Made by a program: the position numbers and the translations under genes | The notes under the pieces: model-generated | What the model saw: the letters and a program-made list of their open reading frames with translations, nothing else | What the model was told of the DNA's origin: nothing | The model's database searches: none | In this document: positions 42,276 to 53,718 of the stretch, piece by piece | How positions within the stretch are numbered: the stretch's first letter is position 1 | Layout of the letters: every line of letters begins with the position of its first letter | Source of the DNA: Tubiluchus corallicola | Taxonomy: Eukaryota > Animalia > Priapulida | NCBI GenBank assembly: GCA_030141605.1 | Contig: JAQGDQ010000481.1 | Span: 1-64,000 of the forward strand | Direction: 5' to 3' | DNA: 64,000 nucleotides

Positions 42276-43307
42276 TTATACCACTGCAGATTCTACCACA
42301 AAAGACCTTACTGGTCCAACACTTGAACTACCCACACTGTTGCTGCCATTTCTACTAAGTGTTGAACGGCACAGAAGCTTCTTAAAACAAACTCGAAAGT
42401 CGTGATTTTGAAACACATAAATGAGCGGGTTTATCATACTGTTAAGCGTGATGCCCACAATTCGAATGTTATTCAGCACTTCGTATTCTTGGTACGTTGT
42501 ACTGGCCATTATAAAGTGAATCATATGTGGACCCAACAGAGTCATTGATGTTCCAATGATAATAGCACTCATGCGAGTTGCTCTTAGTTGTGCAATAAAA
42601 AATAAGCCACTGTTGCTTGTATTCCGAGTTCTTTGCTTGTGGTTTTTGACCCATAGAATGATCCGCCCATATGATGTAATTGCATATGCCCAGGCCAGCA
42701 CGTAGTGTGCAGTAATAAGAAATATAAACCATTGAGGAACTACAAAATCCATCAAACAATCAAATCTAGCTGTCCAGGTTTTCAGCACCTGTATTTGTGC
42801 GAAAACACCCATTAAAATAGAATATAATAAAGACAAAATAATGAGCTTCATGAACCTTCTTAGATTCATTGTTAATTTATATTTCACAGGCTTTGTTATG
42901 GCGGAAATCCTGTCGTAAGTGACTAATGTCATAATCCACAAACTTGATATCATATTAAAGGTGGCAAAAAAGATAAGACACGAGCACAAATATGCGCTCA
43001 TATCAGGGATAAAAGTGTATATTATCCACATAGATTGTGCTCCCAATCCCCACATAAGATCTGAAGCAGCCAGACAAGCAAGAAATTTGTTTGCAAAAGT
43101 TTGCAAACTTTTAAACTTTGCCACAGCTATAATGACCAGCGCATTGAGAAACACTGTGAGAACACCAATAGGAACCATCATTAATATTTCTACATAATCC
43201 AGCATCACCGTAGTCGAAATGTCCATCCTAGTAAGATTCATGTTCAGATTAATGTTCACTGAAGCACTGTCAAAACTGAACGTTGTCGATGAATTGTTCA
43301 CGTGCAT
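42276..43307 (-). CDS. Class A orphan GPCR, copy 3
   Basis: Intact 343-aa ORF. Confidence 0.93.
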   Translation of the reverse strand: MHVNNSSTTFSFDSASVNINLNMNLTRMDISTTVMLDYVEILMMVPIGVLTVFLNALVIIAVAKFKSLQTFANKFLACLAASDLMWGLGAQSMWIIYTFIPDMSAYLCSCLIFFATFNMISSLWIMTLVTYDRISAITKPVKYKLTMNLRRFMKLIILSLLYSILMGVFAQIQVLKTWTARFDCLMDFVVPQWFIFLITAHYVLAWAYAITSYGRIILWVKNHKQRTRNTSNSGLFFIAQLRATRMSAIIIGTSMTLLGPHMIHFIMASTTYQEYEVLNNIRIVGITLNSMINPLIYVFQNHDFRVCFKKLLCRSTLSRNGSNSVGSSSVGPVRSFVVESAVV

Positions 43308-44765
43308 TGTAAAAACCTTATAGGCCCAATCTGAAAGTTACCCCAAACACAATTTATTTTGTCCACATGTGGCAACGTGTAGAATCACGCACTTTCTCGT
43401 TTCACGAATGAAGTTCTTTCTATTTTCTCAAACTTTCATGTATCGTCAAAGTTCATGAATTCAATTCATTGTTGTCGTTCAAGCAAGCAACAGATTACAT
43501 GAGAAACACAACACATGGCAACGTTTTTTGGCGTAGGTGACATAAAAAGAATGAAACGAAATTTCAGTGCAGAGTTTTCGTAAAAGTAAAATGGCAAACT
43601 CAAGGGCTGCAGTGCACAATAACAAAATGTAAGTGTTGAATGGCACAACAACTTTTTAAAGCAGGCTTGAAAGTCTTGATTTTGAAACACAGGCTTGAAA
43701 GTCTCGATTTCGAAACACAGGCTTGAAAGTCTCGATTTTGAAACACAGGCTTGAAAGTCTCGATTTTGAAACACAGGCTTGAAAGTCTTGATTTTGAAAC
43801 ACAAGCTTGAAAGTCTTGATTTTGAAACACAGGCTTGAAAGTCTTGATTTTGAAACACAAGCTTGAAAGTCTTGATTTTGAAACACAGGCTTGAAAGTCT
43901 CGATTTTGAAACACAGGTTTATAAAGCTGTTAATTGTGACACCAGTCTCTCGAATGTTACTCAGCACGTCATATTCTCTGTTCCCCGTAACAAATGAATC
44001 AATTTGGACCTAACAGAACTACTGATGCTCCAATGACAATCACACTCATACAACAACCAACTCTCCACATTTTTCGCTTAGTTTGCCCAACTAAACACAA
44101 ACTGTTGTTAGACTATGACATCCAGAAGACAGTGCAATCCATCCTTTCGATTTTTCCGTGCCTGTATATGTGCTATCAGAAATGTGAAGAAAATTGTGAA
44201 TATCATAAAACTATTCAAAATTCAGTGGCAAAGTGAACAGGCAATCAGATTTACCTAGCACAAAAAGAAAATTGAACTTCAAAAATAAAATGGCAGTGTT
44301 ACAAGCCTCAAATCTTATGAAGTGGTAAACTGGAAAACTTACAAACAGTATTTCTTCATGCTGACTTATGATGCTCAAGATCTATAATTCTGCAAAATAC
44401 TTAGCATATAATTGAACAGTTTGAAAAAGTTTTGCCATGCTGACTTATGATACTCAAGATCTATAATTTAGTGCTGCAGTTTCTGTACCAGTTGACATTA
44501 CTGAAATGACATTAAATCTACTACCGTCATTTCTGCTAAAGTCTGAATGGCACAACAACTTCTTAAAAGAAATTCAAAAGTCTTGATTTTGAAACACATG
44601 AATTAACGGGTTTATAAAGCTGTTAAGTGTGACACCAATTACTCGGATGTTATTCAACATAATTTTATCATTATCTACAAAATAGATGGCTTACACATAC
44701 ATTTGTGTTAAGTTGAAGCATGCTTCACTAATACGTTCATTCAATTTCTGTACAATAGCAATAAT

Positions 44766-45797
44766 TTATACCACTGCAGATTCTACCACAAAAGACCTTA
44801 CTGGTCCAACACTTGAACTACCCACACTGTTGCTGCCATTTCTACTAAGTGTTGAACGGCACAGAAGCTTCTTAAAACAAACTCGAAAGTCGTGATTTTG
44901 AAACACATAAATGAGCGGGTTTATCATACTGTTAAGCGTGATGCCCACAATTCGAATGTTATTCAGCACTTCGTATTCTTGGTACGTTGTACTGGCCATT
45001 ATAAAGTGAATCATATTTGGACCCAACAGAGTCATTGACGTTCCAATGATAATAGCACTCATGCGAGTTGCTCTTAGTTGTGCAATAAAGAATATGCCAC
45101 TGTTGCTTGTATTCCGAGTTCTTTGCTTGTGGTTTTTGACCCACAGAATGATCCGCCCATATGATGTAAGTGCATATGCCCAGGCAAACACATAGTGTGC
45201 AGTAATAAGAAATATAAACCATTGAGGAACTACAAAATCCATTACACAACCAAATTTAGCTGTCCAGGTTTTCAGCACCTGTATTTGTGCGAAAACACCC
45301 ATTAAAATAGAATATAATAAAGACAAAATAATGAGCTTCATGAACCTTCTTAGATTCATTGTTAATTTATATTTCACAGGCTTTGTTATGGCGGAAATCC
45401 TGTCGTAAGTGACTAATGTCATAATCCACAAACTTGATATCATATTAAAGGTGGCAAAAAAGATAAGACACGAGCACAAATATGCGCTCATATCAGGGAT
45501 AAAAGTGTATATTATCCACATAGATTGTGCTCCCAGTCCCCACATTAGATCTGAGGCTGCCAGACAAGCAAGGAATTTGTTTGCAAAAGTTTGCAAACTT
45601 TTAAACTCTGCCACAGCTATAATGACCAGCGCATTGAGAAACACTGTGAGAACACCAATAGGAACCATCATTAATATTTCTACATAATCCAGCATCACTG
45701 TAGTCGAAATGTCCATCCTAGTAAGATTCATGTTCAGATTAATGTTCACTGAAGCACTGTCAAAACTGAACGTTGTCGATGAATTGTTCACGTGCAT
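44766..45797 (-). CDS. Class A orphan GPCR, copy 4
   Basis: Intact 343-aa ORF. Confidence 0.93.
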   Translation of the reverse strand: MHVNNSSTTFSFDSASVNINLNMNLTRMDISTTVMLDYVEILMMVPIGVLTVFLNALVIIAVAEFKSLQTFANKFLACLAASDLMWGLGAQSMWIIYTFIPDMSAYLCSCLIFFATFNMISSLWIMTLVTYDRISAITKPVKYKLTMNLRRFMKLIILSLLYSILMGVFAQIQVLKTWTAKFGCVMDFVVPQWFIFLITAHYVFAWAYALTSYGRIILWVKNHKQRTRNTSNSGIFFIAQLRATRMSAIIIGTSMTLLGPNMIHFIMASTTYQEYEVLNNIRIVGITLNSMINPLIYVFQNHDFRVCFKKLLCRSTLSRNGSNSVGSSSVGPVRSFVVESAVV

Positions 45798-47231
45798 TGT
45801 AAAAACCTTATAGGCCCAATCTGAAAGTTACCCCAAACACAATTTATTTTGTCCACATGTGGCAACGTGTAGAATCACGCACTTTCTCGTTTCACGAATG
45901 AAGTTCTTTCTATTTTCTCAAACTTTCATGTATCGTCAAAGTTCATGAATTCAATTCATTGTTGTCGTTCAAGCAAGCAACAGATTACATGAGAAACACA
46001 ACACATGGCAATGTTTTCTTTTGCAGACTCTCTTGGTGTAGCTGACAAAAAAGAAATTACAGTGCAGAATTTTCGTAAAAGTAAAATGGTAAAACTCAAG
46101 GGCTGCAGTGCACAATAAGAAAATGTAAGTGCTGAATGGCACAACAACTTTTTAAAGCAGGCTTGAAAGTCTTGATTTTGAAACACAGGCTTGAAAGTCT
46201 TGATTTTGAAACAGGCTTGAAAGTCTCGATTTTGAAACACAAGCTTGAAAGTCTCGATTTTGAAACACAGGCTTGAAAGTCTTGATTTTGAAACACAGGC
46301 TTGAAAGTCTTGATTTTGAAACACAGGCTTGAAAGTCTTGATTTTGAAACACAGGCTTGAAAGTCTCGATTTTGAAACACAGGTTTATATAGCTGTTAAT
46401 TGTGACACCAGTCTCTCGAATGTTACTCAGCACGTCATATTCTCTGTTCCCAGTAACAAATGAATCAATTTGGACCTAACAGAACTACTGATGCTCCAAT
46501 GACAATCGCACTCATACAACAACCAACTCTCCACATTTTTCGCTTAGTTTGCCCAACTAAACACAAACTGTTGTTAGACTATGAAATCCAGAAGACAGTG
46601 CAATCCATCCTTTCGATTTTTCCGTGCCTGTATATGTGCTATCAGAAATGTGAAGAAAATTGTGAATATCATAAAACTATTCAAAATTCAGTGGCAAAGT
46701 GAACAGGCAATCAGATTTACCTAGCACAAAAAGAAAATTGAACTTCAAAAATAAAATGGCAGTGCTACAAGCCTCAAATCTTATGAAGTGGTAAACTGGA
46801 AAACTTACAAACAGTATTTCTCCATGCTGACTTATGATGCTCAAGATCTATAATTCTGCAAAATACTTAGCATATAATTGAACAGTTTGAAAAAGTTTTG
46901 CCATGCTGACTTATGATACTCAAGATCTATAATTTAGTGCTGCAGTTTCTGTACCAGTTGACATTACTGAAATGACATTAAATCTACTACCGTCATTTCT
47001 GCTAAAGTCTGAATGGCACAACAACTTCTTAAAAGAAATTCAAAAGTCTTGATTTTGAAACACATGAATTAACGGGTTTATAAAGCTGTTAAGTGTGACA
47101 CCAATTACTCGTATGTTATTCAACATAATTTTATCATAATCTACAAAATAGATCGCTTACACATGCATTTGTGTTAAGTTGAAGCATGCTTCATTAATAC
47201 GTTCATACAATCTCTGTACAATAGCAATAAT

Positions 47232-48263
47232 TTATACCACTGCAGATTCTACAACAAAAGACCTTACTGGCCCAACACTTGAACTACCCACACTGTTGCT
47301 ACCATTTCTACTAAGTGTTGAACGGCACAGTAGCTTCTTAAAACAAACTCGAAAGTCGTGATTTTGAAACACATAAATGAGCGGATTTATCATACTGTTA
47401 AGCGTGATGCCCACAATTCGAATGTTATTCAGCACTTCGTATTCTTGGTACGTTGTACTGGCCATTATAAAGTGAATCATATTTGGACCCAACAGAGTCA
47501 TTGACGTTCCAATGATAATAGCACTCATGCGAGTTGCTCTTAGTTGTGCAATAAAAAATAAGCCACTGTTGCTTGTATTCCGAGTTCTTTGCTTGTGGTT
47601 TTTGACCCACAGAATGATCCGCCCATATGATGTAATTGCATATGCCCAGGCCAGCACGTAGTGTGCAGTAATAAGAAATATAAACCATTGAGAAACTACA
47701 AAATCCATCAAACAATCAAATCTACCTGTCCAGGTTTTCAGCACCTGTATTTGTGCGAAAACACCCATTAAAATAGAATATAATAAAGACAAAATAATGA
47801 GCTTCATGAACCTTCTTAGATTCATTGTTAATTTATATTTCACAGGCTTTGTTATGGCGGAAATCCTGTCGTAAGTGACTAATGTCATAATCCACAAACT
47901 TGATATCATATTAAAGGTGGCAAAAAAGATAAGACACGAGCACAAATATGCGCTCATATCAGGGATAAAAGTGTATATTATCCACATAGATTGTGCTCCC
48001 AATCCCCACATAAGATCTGAAGCAGCCAGACAAGCAAGAAATTTGTTTGCAAAAGTTTGCAAACTTTTAAACTTTGCCACAGCTATAATGACCAGCGCGT
48101 TGAGAAACACTGTGAGAACACCAATAGGAACCATCATTAATATTTCTACATAATCCAGCATCACCGTAGTCGAAATGTGGATCCTAGTAAGATTCATGTT
48201 CAGATTAATGTTCACTGAAGCACTGTCAAAACTGAACGTTGTCGATGAATTGTTCACGTGCAT
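47232..48263 (-). CDS. Class A orphan GPCR, copy 5
   Basis: Intact 343-aa ORF. Confidence 0.93.
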   Translation of the reverse strand: MHVNNSSTTFSFDSASVNINLNMNLTRIHISTTVMLDYVEILMMVPIGVLTVFLNALVIIAVAKFKSLQTFANKFLACLAASDLMWGLGAQSMWIIYTFIPDMSAYLCSCLIFFATFNMISSLWIMTLVTYDRISAITKPVKYKLTMNLRRFMKLIILSLLYSILMGVFAQIQVLKTWTGRFDCLMDFVVSQWFIFLITAHYVLAWAYAITSYGRIILWVKNHKQRTRNTSNSGLFFIAQLRATRMSAIIIGTSMTLLGPNMIHFIMASTTYQEYEVLNNIRIVGITLNSMINPLIYVFQNHDFRVCFKKLLCRSTLSRNGSNSVGSSSVGPVRSFVVESAVV

Positions 48264-49676
48264 TGTAAAAACCTTATAGGCCCAATCTGAAAGTTACCCC
48301 AAACACAATTTATTTTGTCCACATGTGGCAACGTGTAGAATCACGCACTTTCTCGTTTCACGAATGAAGTTCTTTCTATTTTCTCAAACTTTCATGTATC
48401 GTCAAAGTTCATGAATTCAATTCATTGTTGTCGTTCAAGCAAGCAACAGATTACATGAGAAACACAACACATGGCAACGTTTTCTTTCACAGACTCTCTT
48501 AGCGTAGTGACAAAAAAAAAAAGAAATTACAGTGCAGAATTTTCGTAAAAGCAAAATGGCAAAACTCAAGGGCTGCCGTGCACAATAAGAAAGTGTAAGT
48601 GCTGAATGGCACAACAACTTTTTAAAGCAGGCTTGAAAGTCTTGATTTTGAAACACAAGCTTGAAAGTCTCGATTTTGAAACACAGGCTTGAAAGTCTCG
48701 ATTTTGAAACACAAGCTTGAAAGTCTTGATTTTGAAACACAGGGCTTGAAAGTCTTGATTTTGAAACACAGGCTTGAAAGTCTCGATTTTGAAACACAAG
48801 CTTGAAAGTCTCGATTTTGAAACACAGGTTTGTAAAGCTGTTAATAGTGACACCAGTCTCTCGAATGTTACTCAGCACGTCATATTCTCTGTTCCTCGTA
48901 ACAAATGAATCAATTTGGACCTAACAGAAACACTGATGCTCCAATGACAATCGCACTCATACAACAACCAACTCTCCACATTTTTTGCTTAGTTTGCCCA
49001 ACTGAACACAAACTGTTGTTAGACTATGAAATCCAGAAGACAGTGCAATCCATCCTTTCGATTTTTCCGTGCCTGTATATGTGCTATCAGAAATGTGAAG
49101 AAAATTGTGAATATCATAAAACTATTCAAAATTCAGTGGCAAAGTGAACAGGCAATCAGATTTACCTAGCACAAAAAGAAAATTGAACTTCAAAAATAAA
49201 ATGGCAGTGTTACAAGCCTCAAATCTTATGAAGTGGTAAACTGGAAAACTTACAAACGGCATTTCTCCATGCTGACTTATGATGCTCAAGATCTATAATT
49301 CTGCAAAATACTTAGCATATAATTGAACAGTTTGAAAAAGTTTTGCCATGCTGACTTATGATACTCAAGATCTATAATTTAGTGCTGCAGTTTCTGTACC
49401 AGTTGACATTACTGAAATGACATTAAATCTACTACCGTCATTTCTGCTAAAGTCTGAATGGCACAACAACTTCTTAAAAGAAATTCAAAAGTCTTGATTT
49501 TGAAACACACGAATTAACGGGTTTATAAAGCTGTTAAGTGTGACACCAATTACTCGGATGTTATTCAACATAATTTTATCATTATCTACAAAATAGATGA
49601 CACACATACATTTGTGTTAAGTTGAAGCATGCTTCACTAACCGTTCATTCAATTTCTGTACAACCTTAGCAATAAT

Positions 49677-50716
49677 TTATACCACTGCAGATTCTACCAC
49701 AAAAAGACCTTACTGGTCCAACACTTGAACTACTACACTGTTGCTGCCATTTCTACTAAGTGTTGAACGGCACAGAAACTATTAAAACAAACTCGAAAGT
49801 CGTGATTTTTGAAACACACACATAAATGAGCAGGTTTATCATACTGTTAAGCGTGATGCCCACAATTCGAATGTTATTCAGCACTTCGTATTCTTGGTAC
49901 GTTGTACTAACATTATAAAGTGAATCATATTTGGACCCAATAGGAGTCATTGACGTTCCAATGATAATAGCACTCATGCGGATTGCTCTTAGTTGTGCAA
50001 TAAAAAATAAGCCACTGTTGCTTGTATTCCGAGTTCTTTGCTTGTGGTTTTTGACCCATAGAATGATCCGCCCATATGATGTAATTGCATATGCCCAGGC
50101 AAACACATAGTGTGCAGTAATAAGAAATATAAACCATTGAGAAACTACAAAATCCATCAAACAATCAAATCTACCTGTCCAGGTTTTCAGCACCTGTATT
50201 TGTGCGAAAACACCCATTAAAATAGAATATAATAAAGACAAAATAATGAGCTTCATGAACCTTCCTTTAGATTCATTGTTAATTTATATTTCACAGGCTT
50301 TGTTATGGCGGAAATCCTGTCGTAAGTTGACTATTGTCATAATCCACAAACTTAATATCATATTAAAAATTGGCAAAAAAGATAAGACACGAGCACAAAT
50401 ATGCGCTCATATCAAGGATAAAAGTGTATATTATCCACATAGATTGTGCTCCCAATCCCCACATAAGATCTGAAGCAGCCAGACAAGCAAGAAATTTGTT
50501 TGCAAAAGTTTGCAAACTTTTTTAAACTTGCCACAGCAATAATGACCAGCGCATTGAGAAACATAGCGAGAACACCAATAGGAACCATCATTAATATTTC
50601 TACATAATCCAGCATCACGTAGTCGAAATGTCCATCCTAGTAAGATTCATGTTCAGATTAATGTTCACTGAAGCACTCTCAAAACTGAACGCTGTCGATG
50701 AATTGTTCACGTGCAT
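49677..50716 (-). pseudogene. Class A GPCR copy 6, multiply frameshifted (pseudogene or consensus errors)
   Basis: Full-length homology but many 1-4 bp indels. The ORF is split into 50412-50618 and 49756-50256. Confidence 0.75.
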
Positions 50717-51290
50717 TGTAAAAACCTTATAGGCCCAATCTGAAAGTTACCCCAAACACAATTTATTTTGTCCACATGTGGCAACGTGTAGAATCACGCA
50801 CTTTCTCGTTTCACGAATGAAGTTCTTTCTATTTTCTCAAACTTTCATGTATCGTCAAAGTTCATGAATTCAATTCATTGTTGTCGTTCAAGCAAGCAAC
50901 AGAGTACATGAGAAACACAACACATGGCAACGTTTTCTTTTGCAGACTCTCTTGGCATAGCTGACAAAAAAGAAATTACAGTGCAGAATTTTCGTAAAAG
51001 TAAATGGTAAAACTCAAGGGCTGCAGTGCACAATAAGAAAATGTAAGTGCTGAATGGCACAACAACTTTTTAAAGCAGGCTTGAAAGTCTTGATAAATTC
51101 AAAAGTCTTGATTTTGAAATACATAAATTAACAGGTTGATAAGGCCGTTAAGTGTGACACCAATTACTCGTATGTTATTCAACATAATTTTATCATAATC
51201 TACAAAATAGATGGCTTACAGATACATTTGTGTTAAGTTGAAGCATGCTTCATTAATATGTTCATACAATTTCTGTACAATAGCAATAAT

Positions 51291-52322
51291 TTATACCACT
51301 GCAGATTCTACAACAACAGACCTTACTGGTCCAACACTTGAGCTACCCACACTGTTGCTGCCATTTCTACTAAATGTTGAACGGCACAGAAGCTTCTTAA
51401 AACAAACTCGAAAGTCCTGATTTTGAAACACATAAATGAGTGGGTTTATCATGCTGTTAACTGTGATGCCCACTGCTCGAATGTTATTCAGCACTTCGTA
51501 TTCTTGGTACGTTGTACTGGCCATTATAAAGTGAATCATATGTGGACCCAACAGAGTCATTGATGTTCCAATGATAATAGCACTCATGCGAGTTGCTTTT
51601 AGTTGTGCAATAAAGAATATGCCACTGTTGCTTGTATTCCGAGTTCTTTGCTTGTGGTTTTTGACCCACAGAATGATCCGCCCATATGATGTAAGTGCAT
51701 ATGCCCAGGCCAGCACGTAGTGTGCAGTAATAAGAAATATAAACCATTGAGAAACTACAAAATCCATTACACAACCAAATTTAGCTGTCCAGGTTTTCAG
51801 CACCTGTATTTGTGCGAAAACACCCATTAAAATAGAATATAATAAAGACAAAATAATGAGCTTCATGAACCTTCTTAGATTCATTGTTAATTTATATTTC
51901 ACAGGCTTTGTTATGGCGGAAATCCTGTCGTAAGTGACTAATGTCATAATCCACAAACTTGATATCATATTAAAGGTGGCAAAAAAGATAAGACACGAGC
52001 ACAAATATGCGCCCATATCAGGGATAAATGTGTATACTATCCACATGGGTGGGGCTCCCAATCCCCACATAAGATCTGAAGCAGCCAGACAAGCAAGAAA
52101 TTTGTTTGCAAAAGTTTGCAAACTTTTAAACTTTGCCACAGCAATAATGACCAGCGCATTGAGAAACACTGTGAGAACACCAATAGGAACCATCATTAAT
52201 ATTTCTACATAATCCAGCATCACCGTAGTCGAAATGTCCATCCTAGTAAGATTCATGTTCAGATTAATGTTCACTGAAGCACTGTCAAAACTGAACGTTG
52301 TCGATGAATTGTTCACGTGCAT
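51291..52322 (-). CDS. Class A orphan GPCR, copy 7
   Basis: Intact 343-aa ORF with copy-1-like ends. Confidence 0.92.
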   Translation of the reverse strand: MHVNNSSTTFSFDSASVNINLNMNLTRMDISTTVMLDYVEILMMVPIGVLTVFLNALVIIAVAKFKSLQTFANKFLACLAASDLMWGLGAPPMWIVYTFIPDMGAYLCSCLIFFATFNMISSLWIMTLVTYDRISAITKPVKYKLTMNLRRFMKLIILSLLYSILMGVFAQIQVLKTWTAKFGCVMDFVVSQWFIFLITAHYVLAWAYALTSYGRIILWVKNHKQRTRNTSNSGIFFIAQLKATRMSAIIIGTSMTLLGPHMIHFIMASTTYQEYEVLNNIRAVGITVNSMINPLIYVFQNQDFRVCFKKLLCRSTFSRNGSNSVGSSSVGPVRSVVVESAVV

Positions 52323-53618
52323 TGTAAAAACCTTATAGGCCCAATCTGAAAGTTACCCCAAACACAATTTATTTTGTCCACATGTGGCAACGTGTAGAAT
52401 CACGCACTTTCTCGTTTCACGAATGAAGTTCTTTCTATTTTCTCAAACTTTCATGTATCGTCAAAGTTCATGAATTCAATTCATTGTTGTCGTTCAAGCA
52501 AGCAACAGAGTACATGAGAAACACAACACATGGCAACGCTTTCTTTTGCAGACTCTCTTGGCGTAGCTGACAAAAAAGAAATTACAGTGCAGAATTTTCG
52601 TAAAAGTAAAATGGTAAAACTCAAGGGCTGCAGTGCACAATAAGAAAATGTAAGTGCTGAATGGCACAACAACTTTTTAAAGCAGGCTTGAAAGTCTTGA
52701 TTTTGAAACACAGGCTTGAAAGTCTTGATTTTGAAACACAGGCTTGAAAGTCTCGATTTTGAAACACAAGCTTGAAAGTCTCGATTTTGAAACACAGGCT
52801 TGAAAGTCTTGATTTTGAAACACAGGCTTGAAAGTCTTGATTTTGAAACACAGGCTTGAAAGTCTCGATTTTGAAACACAGGCTTGAAAGTCTTGATTTT
52901 GAAACACAAGCTTGAAAGTCTTGATTTTGAAACACAGGCTTGAAAGTCTCGATTTTGAAACACAGGTTTATAAAGCTGTTAATTGTGACACCAGTCTCTC
53001 GAATGTTACTCAGCACGTCATATTCTCTGTTCCCGGTAACAAATGAATCAATTTGGACCTAACAGAACTACTGATGCTCCAATGACAATCACACTCATAC
53101 AACTACCAACTCTCCACATTTTTCGCTTAGTTTGCCCAACTAAACACAAACTGTTGTTAGACTATGAAATCCAGAAGACAGTGCAATCCATCCTTTCGAT
53201 TTTTCCGTGCCTGTATATGTGCTATCAGAAATGTGAAGAAAATTGTGAATATCATAAAACTATTCAAAATTCAGTGGCAAAGTGAACAGGCAATCAGATT
53301 TACCTAGCACAAAAAGAAAATTGAACTTCAAAAATAAAATGGCAGTGTTACAAGCCTCAAATCTTATGAAGTGGTAAACTGGAAAACTTACAAACAGTAT
53401 TTCTTCATGCTGACTTATGATGCTCAAGATCTATAATTCTGCAAAATACTTAGCATATAATTGAACAGTTTGAAAAAGTTTTGCCATGCTGACTTATGAT
53501 ACTCAAGATCTATAATTTAGTGCTGCAGTTTCTGTACCAGTTGACATTACTGAAATGACATTAAATCTACTACCGTCATTTCTGCTAAAGTCTGAATGGC
53601 ACAACAACTTCTTAAAAG

Positions 53619-53718
53619 NNNNNNNNNNNNNNNNNNNNNNNNNNNNNNNNNNNNNNNNNNNNNNNNNNNNNNNNNNNNNNNNNNNNNNNNNNNNNNNNNN
53701 NNNNNNNNNNNNNNNNNN
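53619..53718. other. Assembly gap (100 N) inside the GPCR array
   Basis: N run. It is followed by the start (MHEN, ATG at 53730 on the minus strand) and upstream flank of a more diverged paralog. Confidence 0.97.
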
